From contig CALBRH010000065.1 of NCBI GenBank assembly GCA_937899865.1, positions 31,629-95,628 on the forward strand: a stretch of 64,000 bases of DNA. The letters are read 5' to 3'. Below are positions 8,584 through 18,900 of this stretch, piece by piece. Under the pieces are notes generated by a model. That model saw only the letters and a program-made list of their open reading frames with translations. It made no database searches and was not told the DNA's origin. The position numbers were made by a program, and so were the translations under genes. The stretch is from an uncultured euryarchaeote. Lineage in GTDB: Archaea > Thermoplasmatota > Poseidoniia > Poseidoniales > Poseidoniaceae. The first letter of the stretch is position 1. Every line of letters starts with the position of its first letter.

Positions 8584-10035
8584 ATGCGAAGAACTCGTAT
8601 CGTCGCAACAATCGGTCCTGCATCCAGTGATGATAAGACCTTACTTTCCCTGTTGAAGAGCGGAGTTAACGTATGCCGCTTGAATTATTCTCATGGTGAG
8701 CCAGAACAAAAAACTGAGTTATATCAAAGAATTAGAGCGTTAGAATCACAAATAGGTCGCCCAACTTGTATCTTAGCAGATTTACCTGGTCCTAAACTAA
8801 GGTTGGGAGAATTCGAGGGAATTCATGTCTTAGGTATGAGGAAAAAAGTCGAATTGCATTGTGGCATGGCGTATATGGAAGATGCAAGTAACAAGAAATT
8901 ACCAGTACAATATGATGGTTTGTCTGCTGAATTGAAGAAAGGCGACCCAGTATTATTGTCGGATGGTCTAATCCGCTTGAAAGTTCTTTCAACAACTGGA
9001 AAACCAGGTGGAGTAGTAACTTGTCGAATTCAAGATGGAGGCCCAATTAGTTCAAGAAAAGGTATCAACGTACCGGGAACTTTGGTTGATTTACCAGCGA
9101 TTGGACCAAAAGATGAGCGCGCTTTAGCACATGCACTTGATACAGGAGCAGATGTTGTTGCAGTATCATATGTTAGAACAGCAAAGGATTTGCAACCAGC
9201 CAAGGAGACCATCAAGAAGCGAGGTCTCTCGACATGGGTTGTCGCTAAGATAGAACACCCAATGGCCTTAGATCATCTTGATGAAATTTTAGATGTAGCT
9301 GATGCAGTAATGGTAGCAAGAGGAGATTTGGGAGTAGAAATACCGCTTGAAGAAGTACCGATTGCCCAACAAAAAATCATCGATAGCGCACTTGAGCGAG
9401 GAATGCCAGTAATTGTTGCCACTCAAATGCTTGAAACCATGACAGTCAATCCAAGACCAACTCGTGCTGAAGTTAGCGATATTTCAACCGCGATAAGGCA
9501 AGGAGCAACCGGTGTAATGTTGTCTGGAGAAACAGCCTCAGGTAAATATCCAGTAAAATCTGTCCAAACAATGGCCAAAATAGCCGAATCAACCGAACAA
9601 GGCTTGGAATCAAGTAATCTTACACCTGAATCAGTATCTCGCTACAAATCAACTAGAGCGGTTGCTCACGCCGGAGTTGAGTTGGCAAAGATGTCTAATG
9701 CTGCACGAATTTTAGTAGCGACAGAAAGAGGCAATGCACCGCGCTTAGTCTCATCATATCGCCCAGGGATTCCAGTCACTGCGGTAACAAATAGTATTGA
9801 GACAGCAAGGAAAGTCCAAATTTTGCCGGGTATAGATAGTATCTTGGTTGAAGAATATGATAGAGGTTCTAAGACAATGCAGAATGCACTTTCTCTTCAA
9901 GTAGAATCAGGAGAAGTCAAGCCAGGACAGAAGATTGTTGCAATTTCAGGTTCTCCAAAAGCGATAAGTGGCCTAACCAGTACTGCGAGATTGTACAAAG
10001 TTTCCAAAGCGGGCGAAATAGTTGGCACAGAATGA
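8584..10035 (+). CDS. pyk: Pyruvate kinase
   Basis: TRIVATIGPAS, RLNYSHG, ADLPGPKLR, KIE, VARGDLGVE, ATQMLETM, PTRAEVSD, MLSGETA. Confidence 0.97.
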   Translation: MRRTRIVATIGPASSDDKTLLSLLKSGVNVCRLNYSHGEPEQKTELYQRIRALESQIGRPTCILADLPGPKLRLGEFEGIHVLGMRKKVELHCGMAYMEDASNKKLPVQYDGLSAELKKGDPVLLSDGLIRLKVLSTTGKPGGVVTCRIQDGGPISSRKGINVPGTLVDLPAIGPKDERALAHALDTGADVVAVSYVRTAKDLQPAKETIKKRGLSTWVVAKIEHPMALDHLDEILDVADAVMVARGDLGVEIPLEEVPIAQQKIIDSALERGMPVIVATQMLETMTVNPRPTRAEVSDISTAIRQGATGVMLSGETASGKYPVKSVQTMAKIAESTEQGLESSNLTPESVSRYKSTRAVAHAGVELAKMSNAARILVATERGNAPRLVSSYRPGIPVTAVTNSIETARKVQILPGIDSILVEEYDRGSKTMQNALSLQVESGEVKPGQKIVAISGSPKAISGLTSTARLYKVSKAGEIVGTE

Positions 10036-10104
10036 AATCAATCCTCAATATGGCGTACAGTATTGGGTTTTTTGCTGGCAAATAGATAATTTATCATGCG
10101 TCGC

Positions 10105-10128
10105 TTTCAAATAGGGGTTGTTTGTCGG
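10105..10128 (+). promoter_or_regulatory. Putative tuf promoter: TATA-like box followed by AGGGG element
   Basis: TTTCAAATAGGGGTTGTTTGTCGG; 15/24 identical and in the same register as the motif at 51892..51915. A separate SD (AAGGAG) precedes ATG 10153. Confidence 0.55.
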
Positions 10129-10152
10129 AAGGCTCGATAAGGAGTTATTAAT

Positions 10153-11448
10153 ATGCCAGCTCAATGGGAAGATAAGAGTAAGCCACACCGTAATATTGTA
10201 TTCGTAGGTCACGTAGATCACGGAAAGTCGACAACCGTAGGACGTCTACTTCTGGACTCAGGCCATATCGAAGAACACGTAATTGAAAAGAACGAAAAGT
10301 TAGCAGCAGAAGCCGGTAAGGCTGGTTTTGGTCTAGCATACGTTATGGACGGATTGAAGGAAGAGAGAGAGCGTGGAATTACCATCGACGTTGCTCACAA
10401 AGAATTCTTCACACCTAAGTACTACTGGACTATCATCGATGCTCCAGGTCACCGTGACTTCGTAAAGAACATGATTACTGGTGCTTCACAAGCTGACACA
10501 GCAGTTCTTCTATGTGCTGCTAACGACGGTGTTAACGCACAAACCAAGGAACACGCTTTCCTAGCAAAGGTACTTGGTGTAAAGGAACTTATTGTCCACG
10601 TAAACAAGATGGACATTTCCGGTGTTGACTGGTCAGAAGACAAGTACAAGGCTGCTTGCACAGAAGTTTCTAACCTACTAAAGATGGCTGGATTCGGTTC
10701 TCAACTTGATAAGATACCAATGATCCCTGCATCTTCTTTGAAGGGTGACAACGTATTCCACAAGAGTGACAACACACCATGGTACAATGGACCAACACTT
10801 TTCGAAGCTATCGACGCTGCTGCAATGCCAGACAAGCCAGTCGACAAGCCTCTAAGACTGCCTATCCAAGATGTGTACAAGATTTCCGGTATCGGTACTG
10901 TACCAGTCGGTAAGATTGAAACAGGTACTCTAAACGTTGGTAAGACAGTTGTTTTCAACCCATCACAAAAGTCTGCTGAAGTTAAGTCAATTGAAATGCA
11001 CCACACAATGGTACCAAAGGCTGAGCCAGGTGACAACGTTGGTTTCAACGTTCGTGGTCTAGCTGCTGATGACATCCGCCGTGGTGACGTTGCAGGTTAT
11101 TCTGACAGTGAACCAACATATGTTAGACATGATGAGCACTTCGTTGGACAAATCCAATTGATGGACATTCCAAAGGCTGTTTCCGTAGGATACACTCCAG
11201 TATTCCACGCACACACTGCACAAGTTGCTGTCAAGTTCATGGAACTTCTAGAAAAGACCAACAAGTCCGGAAAGGAAGCAAACCCATCATTCTTGAAGAC
11301 TGGTGACGCATGTCTAATCCGTTTCCAACCAACCAAGCCTCTTGCTATCGAGCAGATGGACACATTCCCAGAACTGTCCCGTTTCGCTATCCGTGACATG
11401 GGTAAGACAGTAGCTGCTGGTGTCTGTTTGAAGATCGAAAAGAAGTAG
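10153..11448 (+). CDS. tuf: Translation elongation factor aEF-1A
   Basis: GHVDHGKST, ERERGITID, DAPGHRDF, NKMD, PLRLPIQDVYKISGIGTVPVG; visibly biased codon use typical of high expression. Confidence 0.99.
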   Translation: MPAQWEDKSKPHRNIVFVGHVDHGKSTTVGRLLLDSGHIEEHVIEKNEKLAAEAGKAGFGLAYVMDGLKEERERGITIDVAHKEFFTPKYYWTIIDAPGHRDFVKNMITGASQADTAVLLCAANDGVNAQTKEHAFLAKVLGVKELIVHVNKMDISGVDWSEDKYKAACTEVSNLLKMAGFGSQLDKIPMIPASSLKGDNVFHKSDNTPWYNGPTLFEAIDAAAMPDKPVDKPLRLPIQDVYKISGIGTVPVGKIETGTLNVGKTVVFNPSQKSAEVKSIEMHHTMVPKAEPGDNVGFNVRGLAADDIRRGDVAGYSDSEPTYVRHDEHFVGQIQLMDIPKAVSVGYTPVFHAHTAQVAVKFMELLEKTNKSGKEANPSFLKTGDACLIRFQPTKPLAIEQMDTFPELSRFAIRDMGKTVAAGVCLKIEKK

Positions 11449-11486
11449 ATCTAAGATTTGAGGTTTGACGGGTTGGAGGATTAAAT

Positions 11487-11816
11487 TTGGCTGCGGTAAC
11501 AATCATCAAATTGACTGGTGAAAATCACCAAGATATCGATAGAGTTGCTAGCCAAATAAAGACAATCTGTGACGCTGGTGGAATTTCTCTTAGAGGTCCA
11601 ATTCCGCTACCAACTAGAAGATTGGTTGTACCAGTTAGAAAAGCACCAGATGGTGAAGGTAGTGAGACATACGATCACTGGGAACTACGAGTTCACAAGC
11701 GTTTGTTAGAGATGGACATTAATTCCGGTAAGGATGAGTCTGCACTCAGACAAGTAACCAGAATCGAAATTCCAGACACTGTTAGTATTGAACTATCAAT
11801 GAGAGTTGCAAACTAA
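11487..11816 (+). CDS. rps10: 30S ribosomal protein S10 (uS10), TTG start
   Basis: GPIPLPTRRLVVPVRKAPDGEGSETYDHWELRVHKRL; GGAGG SD ahead of the TTG; follows tuf. Confidence 0.98.
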   Translation: MAAVTIIKLTGENHQDIDRVASQIKTICDAGGISLRGPIPLPTRRLVVPVRKAPDGEGSETYDHWELRVHKRLLEMDINSGKDESALRQVTRIEIPDTVSIELSMRVAN

Positions 11817-11818
11817 AG

Positions 11819-12847
11819 TTAGAGATTCTCTACCTCTGCAACACCTGATTCGACTAACCAATCAGCCGTGTCTTTGTCAATAAAGTGTATATCATCTTCT
11901 TCTAAGATGATTTCCATACCATCGCCAAGCATAATTGGGTCTGGTAATGATTGAATTATTTTGATACGAATCATTTCATCATTATCTTTAGCAACGGTTT
12001 CTTGTTCGACTTCAAGTTCTGTATCTTCTTCAAAATCTACAGGAGTTTCTTCAGTATTTTTGCTGGCCTTTTTCTTAGAAGGTGCTAATTCCATTGCTGC
12101 CATATGCTTCTCAGTTTTTTCAGCGGACTTTTCGATCGTTTCAGTTGATTCATCGCTTGGAGTTTCAAGCCCAGATTTAACATATTCATCGATATCTGGC
12201 CATTCTTCATTGTAGATTCTTTCTTCATCATCATATTGTGAGTCAGCAATTTCAATGTCTGGTTCATCATCTTCAATAATCAATTCTGGTGGTGATTGAC
12301 CAGTCAAACCCTCTGGACTTTCAATAAACGAATCCAGTTGCATAGTGCCTTTTGAGTGCTTTCTTCTTTCAATCACACCTTCTCCAAGTATGCCTCTTTG
12401 CATCGATTCCCAGTCAATTTCTTTCTTAAAGCGGTCCATTTGAGTAACAATTCCGGAGTAAAATGCCTTCTCAGCAGGATCATGACGAGCCCAATCCATC
12501 GGTGGCAAATCTTGATTGGTTCCTAATTGAGAATCTGTTCTTAATGACTGGCTAGCAAGATATTGCATCATCGTAACCAAGCGTTTACGAGATAACTCCG
12601 AGGCAATTCTTCGAATATTTGCTTGACGCTTCTGAGCATTTTGCAGGCGTAATCCAGTAATTCCATTCATTAGCATATCTTGGATTTCATCGTCTATTCC
12701 AGCGAGTAATTTTCCGACCATTTCCCAAAAATTTTGTCGAGGTAAAGGGACAGGCATATGTCTTGATGCCTGTTGTCTTCTAGTGGCAAATAATTCCTCT
12801 TCAATATCTCGCGCTTGCGCTTTGTCGAGATATCTATCCTCCGCCAT
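11819..12847 (-). CDS. DNA replication factor GINS (Gins51/Gins15-type, A domain - acidic linker - B domain)
   Basis: A-domain pattern LPRQNFWEMV...RRIASELSRKRLVTM...DPAEKAFY; C-terminal B-domain IRIKIIQSLPDPIM...IDKDTADWLVESGVAE. Confidence 0.75.
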   Translation of the reverse strand: MAEDRYLDKAQARDIEEELFATRRQQASRHMPVPLPRQNFWEMVGKLLAGIDDEIQDMLMNGITGLRLQNAQKRQANIRRIASELSRKRLVTMMQYLASQSLRTDSQLGTNQDLPPMDWARHDPAEKAFYSGIVTQMDRFKKEIDWESMQRGILGEGVIERRKHSKGTMQLDSFIESPEGLTGQSPPELIIEDDEPDIEIADSQYDDEERIYNEEWPDIDEYVKSGLETPSDESTETIEKSAEKTEKHMAAMELAPSKKKASKNTEETPVDFEEDTELEVEQETVAKDNDEMIRIKIIQSLPDPIMLGDGMEIILEEDDIHFIDKDTADWLVESGVAEVENL

Positions 12848-12922
12848 ATCTAAGGCTCAATTATGAAAGGACTTGAACATTCATACTCAAACATCTCATC
12901 AACTGGTTCATAATCAAAGACC

Positions 12923-12943
12923 TCACCTCGCGCAGCGAGGTGA
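12923..12943 (+). promoter_or_regulatory. Perfect 9-bp hairpin pairing an anti-SD copy with the SD of the next gene
   Basis: TCACCTCGC-GCA-GCGAGGTGA; SD GAGGTGA at 12937..12943, ATG at 12950. Confidence 0.6.
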
Positions 12944-12949
12944 TATGAG

Positions 12950-15900
12950 ATGGCAAGCCAATTAGCATCACAGAATCGTCGAGTAGGAGGGATAATCTCA
13001 ATTCTACTCGTCGCTTTAATGATTGGTACACCACTGGCAAATTTTGTTAGCGGTAACTCTCAAGCATGGTCTCCTAATGAAGAGAATAGTTGGGATAGTG
13101 AAGTATCATTTTCACCCAATGGCAATCTAACTTATGTCAATGAAACAAACAGTGATATGTTTCAAGTCCCAGCTAACCACACTATTACAGAAGCCAACCT
13201 TTCTCTGTCATCTTTTTGGAATCCTGTTACATATCAAAACAGCACATTTGGTAGCAATCAATCTCTACAATGGAATGGCACTCTAATTGATACAGAGATT
13301 AAAACAAATAATCAACACTTAACTTTAGAGAAAGTCAATACTGCCAATAATGTTGACGATTTTGAAATTGTTTCAACAGTTCCAAGTGGAGGCTGGTTAA
13401 CCAATGGCATTGATGGCGAGGTATGGACAATCGTGCAGAATAATACTACTCTAACGAGTAGTTCAAACATGAATTTGCCCATAAGCGGCTTTGAAAACAC
13501 CTCATTTTTATCTACTACTGGAAAAGGAGATCTGCAGTCAGATGTCGATGCATGTATCAGAAGTCCAATAATTGATTTACCTCGAGTAATCAACAATTAT
13601 TCACTAACATTCCAACATTGGTTAGCATTAGATACAACAGATACAATTAGTTTAAAATTTCTTGATGAGAATAATATTTGGACAGAACTACCATTTTCCA
13701 GTACTATAGCGATAAATGGCAATAGTGATAAATGGCAAAGTGTAAATATCTCGCTTGACAATCATTTTAGTCAATACCTAACAACAACATACCTTCAGTT
13801 TTGTATACAAACCAGCCAATTACCCTCATTACGTGGAGGATGGTTTATTGATGAGCTGAGTTTATTTAATGAGGGAGATCAAAAAGGTGCTTGGTTCCAC
13901 GGTAATTTCTCTGGTAACTATTTGCCTAATGCAGTTTCTGAATTTATTATCCCTGCAAATCTATCGAGTTTTCCTTATCTCGATGAACTTGAAATCAATG
14001 CAAATTGGGATATTCAAGGATATTTACATGATTATCTTGTTGTTGAATTTTCATTTGATAATGGCTCATCATGGAATGTCATATCTGGGAATTACGGAAT
14101 ACCTGGCCTAGGAGTCTGGCATAATGGCAATTTGTACTATGCTGAATCTAGAGGGTGGGTGCCAATTTATTTGCCAATAGTTCATAATTTCACTAATTCA
14201 GGTGGATTAAATCATACCTTATTCAAATTCACTGTTTACACCAATGCTGGGATAAATTATGGTGGTTCGTCATCTTCAGGATGGGAAGGTATTGCGATTG
14301 ACCAATTGGTTTTCCATCATAATAGAGGTAGTAGCCAAAGTCAAAAATATGTATTCAAAGATTTCAATTCAGCACCTTTACTTGGATTTAATTCGCCTGA
14401 CGGTTGGTTGCGGACTAAATCATTAACACCTAATGAGTGGCAATGGACACAGGATATGGGTTTGAGTGCTCAGCAATTTCAAGTATTTTCATTCAATGAT
14501 TATGACGAATTACCATCAGGTTGGGCAATATCATCTAATGATAACAATAAATGGCAATATGGACAAATACCGAGTACTGCAATCTACGGTCCTAACCATT
14601 GGAATTCTGGGCAGTATGGACTTGGAATCGCTTTACAAGGGAAATATACCAATGAAATGTATACTCATTTGATATCTCCTGAATATTCAATCCCATCTAG
14701 TGCGTCATCTAGATTGTCATTCAACAGTTGGGTCTGTACAGAGGCAAATTGGGATGGAGGTGCGATTTCTGCATCGACAGACGGAGGTATTAACTGGTGG
14801 TATTTACCACCACAAATTGGTACCTTTCACGACCAAATTTCAACAGCAAATACCAATTCTCCATTTTACGGAGAAGGAATTTTTGATGGTTCAAATATTG
14901 CTAACGGATGTCGAAACTCCTCATTACCTTTCCAACTTAAGCAGTATGACATCTCTAATTTATCAGGTCAAGAAGTTAGATTTAGATACAGTTTCTTTTC
15001 TGACCAATTAATCGAATTAGATGGTTGGTATCTTGATGATGTTGGTATTGAAATAGATTTATTCAAACAGAGTGGAACTTGGCTTTCTCAACCGATTTAT
15101 CCAGATTCAAACTTTGGCTGGGCAAAAATCGATGGCTTGGTTAAAGAGCCAACAGGTACCGAGGTTCTATTCGACATCATAGATACTTCATCAGGAGAAT
15201 TAATCGATGGTTATGCCAATTTAACGTTACCAATTGAGTTATTGTTCAATCCGTCAGAAATCAATAGTATTCAAGTCAAAGCAAAATTATCTAGCAATAA
15301 TCAATTTGTCACTCCATCAATTGAGAAAATTGAAATGGGCGTAGCATCTTATTTTGACTGGTATCACGTAAAACATGGGCAACCAGAATTATTTAATAAT
15401 CAACTATTATTTGTTGACGAAAATAGTGAATTAACTGCTAACTCTCAACTGGAGGTCGCTTTCAATACTAATCCAGTATGCCCCTCAATAGATACAACAA
15501 TAACTAGTATAGGTGCTAATATATCTTATCAATCTGCTTATTTTACTTTTGATTATGATTATCAAGGGTCTAATTCAATAGTTAGTGAATTTCAGAATAG
15601 TTTTTCAGTACCAACTCTATCTGATAATGTCACAATTTCTTTAGATCGCAATTCAAACTTGTTGAATTTTCATTATATGCCACAATGCGTATTGCCGAGC
15701 AAAAATATCAGTGTTGGTTTAATTGACGAAACCAATATGATATATTCAGATCCAATGATAACTGGATTAAACACAATTTTCGCTACAGAATCTTTCTCAA
15801 CAGTTACCGCTGATGATATTGTCTATTTGCCAGATAATCATGGAAACTATATTCTAACACTACAACCTAACCAAGTGTTAAATTTGAGTTATTATTTGTT

Positions 15901-18900
15901 GAACCACGATATATATCATAATTCAGTTGATAATACCGGTCTGAGCATTTATGCTGAAATTGAATCAACAATAGCTGGCGAATTACAGATTTATGGCAAT
16001 AATGAGATAGTTGCAGAATATTCCGATACTGCGATAATCCATAACATAATGACAAATGAACAGTGTCAAAATAGTCAACTAAGTTCCAATTTAATCGGAA
16101 TCAATGTTGGAATTGCATCTTGCACATTATCACTTCACTCAACCACAGAAATCGATTTGAAAATTAATAATTTCAAGGCTATTTCCTCAGTTAGTGAAAT
16201 CCTAATCGACTTAGATCCTTACTATATTAATTCAATAAAACACCAAGTTGAGAACAATACAAATGAAGATGTAATTAATTTACCAGTTTTGATTAAAACA
16301 GATTATGGATCTACCACGACAAATCTTGCTTACAAATCTTATCAACATCAAATTGACCGAGTAGAAAATATTGACCAAATTCAGTGGTTACCTGGTCAAG
16401 AATTAACCATTCAAACCTCACACGTACGGTTTAATCCAATTACCATGAGTGAAAACGGATTTGAATTTGATAGTGTAGAGTTGATTGCTTCAATAGATTC
16501 AACAATTACCGGAGCACAATTTGTTATTGAAGTCTCCAATCTATATTCAAATACAGTCTCATTTAATACCAAAATCGGTGCAAATAAAATTATACTGAAT
16601 CAAGCAAAATCAAATGTCAACTGTAATGAGGGATATTGTATAATCAATTGGACATTACAGAGCACCTGGCATCTTGATGATGTCGATGATGTTGTTTGGA
16701 TGGTTATTGCTAGAGATTCTGATGGTTTACAAACCGGTCCAGCAACTATGATTAGAGAAACACAGTTCAATGAAATTGAAAACGACTTAGAAGTGTTTGA
16801 GTTATCAGTATTTGATTTGTCAAATAATCAAATTAACGATTGGACCAATCCAAATTGGCCTTATCGATTATCCGAACAAAATACCCTATTGGTAGATGGT
16901 TCAGTAAGATTTGAAGGAATAACTAATTCGCAAATCAATCAAGGTGATGCGGAAATAGAAATTAGATTAACTGCAATTCCACCAATAAATAACTCAGGGG
17001 GTCCAAATGAGTGGTCTAATGAAGAGGTCAATTGGACTATGTCATGGTTCACGGAAGTAGGCCACCAAGGGCTATTCTCAAGTGAAATTGAAACTCCTGA
17101 TGTTGGTTCTGTACCATCCAATACTACAATTGAATTATCAGTACATATTTCGAGAGTTGGTCCAAATATGTCATCCAATGAATTCGCAATTGACCAAACA
17201 TCTTCCAATATGAAAACCCGCTTCATCTACGATTTTTCCAGCCCTCATGTTGCTTCTATCAGTATTTATGACCCATCGGGACTAACTCCGGCAGATGGAC
17301 ATATTTGGACATTGAATCAAGATATTCCGCTTCAAGTAATAATCGAAGATGTTGAAGGACTTAGTACTGAATTAATAGTCTATACTTGGGCTGAATATGC
17401 CGATGATGCCAATGGTGATACAGTGATGGACTTAGAGGAATATCGAACAACGACTGTATCGGTTAACTATGCCTCAAATGTCGCAGTATTAGACATACCA
17501 GCAATCTCTTGGCAGGAAATAAAAGGGCCTTTTGAATCAGGCAGATTAAGCATTGTTCTTGCCATAGATGATTTAGCGGGTAATGAATTACTTAATGGTG
17601 GAGATTTTGGTGAACAAAATGATGCTGCAACGATTATTGTTCAGGATCAACTTCAGACACTGATGGATTCATCAGCCCTATCATTAGATTTAGTAAATGA
17701 CAATTTGTTGCCATCCCATCAACATACATTCATTTATTCATTGACAGATTATAATGGAATTGAATCACTTGATAAAATCAGTATAGCGTTGGTAGGAAGA
17801 GATTCACCTGGCCAATGTAATATCGATTATTATCCAAGATTCAACTCGGTAGATTATGATGCAAATTGCTTCTCTAGCCAGCCAATTGTAGAGGTTTCAA
17901 AGGTGTCGGGCATGCAAAAATGGTTTGTTGAGACTAAATTTATCATCAGTTGGTCAGCTGTTTATTCAAATTCAGAACTATCAGGGATTCCATCTCTAAA
18001 AATCTTTGATGATGGTCAAGACTTACAACTCGGAACATCATTTATCAGAGGTTTGTCTTGGAATATAAACGATGTAATTTCTGTTGATGACATCGAATTT
18101 AGCGACACTATTAGTCCAATAGGAGTGTCGACAAATGCTGAAATTTGGGCCAATCCAAATGACATAATCATTGCATCTAGTACTCTAATTTACAATGACA
18201 CCAATGTGGCGCTAAGTAGTCTTTCAAAATATGACCAAATCGGTTGTAAAGTCAATTCTGAAGTCCAACCAACCGATTCGATTCAATTTTTTGATGGGAA
18301 ATTAATGTGCCAGTACATGATTCCAAGCAATTCCAACATCGACATTTATGATATTGAATTGTGGGCTTTATCTAGTAATGGACAACAAAATAATACTCAA
18401 ACTGGAATCATTTTTGTCGATAAAGAAAGCCCAGTATTGGCCTTGGAGTTAAAGGATTTATTACGTTTAAATTCTAACCAATTAAGCAATGTTTTGTTTG
18501 AAGGAGTTGTAAAGGAATCATCAACTGTTATCGAACAGCAACTGATAGTTAACTGGAATATACTAAGGAATGATGTTGTTATCAATGATAGCCCATTTAC
18601 TCACAATATATCTATTATTCAAAACAATGATGATGGATATGAATTTGCTGATCTTGTCAATTTAAACAATACTGAGGATTACATACTTTCTGAAGGTGAT
18701 GAACTCATCATTTGGCTTTCATTTGCCGATAACTCAGGTCAAGAATTAATTGGCTTCGCAACAGAAAGTGAACCATTAATGCCACGAATTACATGGTTTG
18801 ACTTTGACCCGATGATCAGTTTAATCGAGTTGAAAAGCGAAAATCCAGTCAATGGAGAATCATTGATTATTGTTACTAGAATATTGAATGCTGGCTTAGA

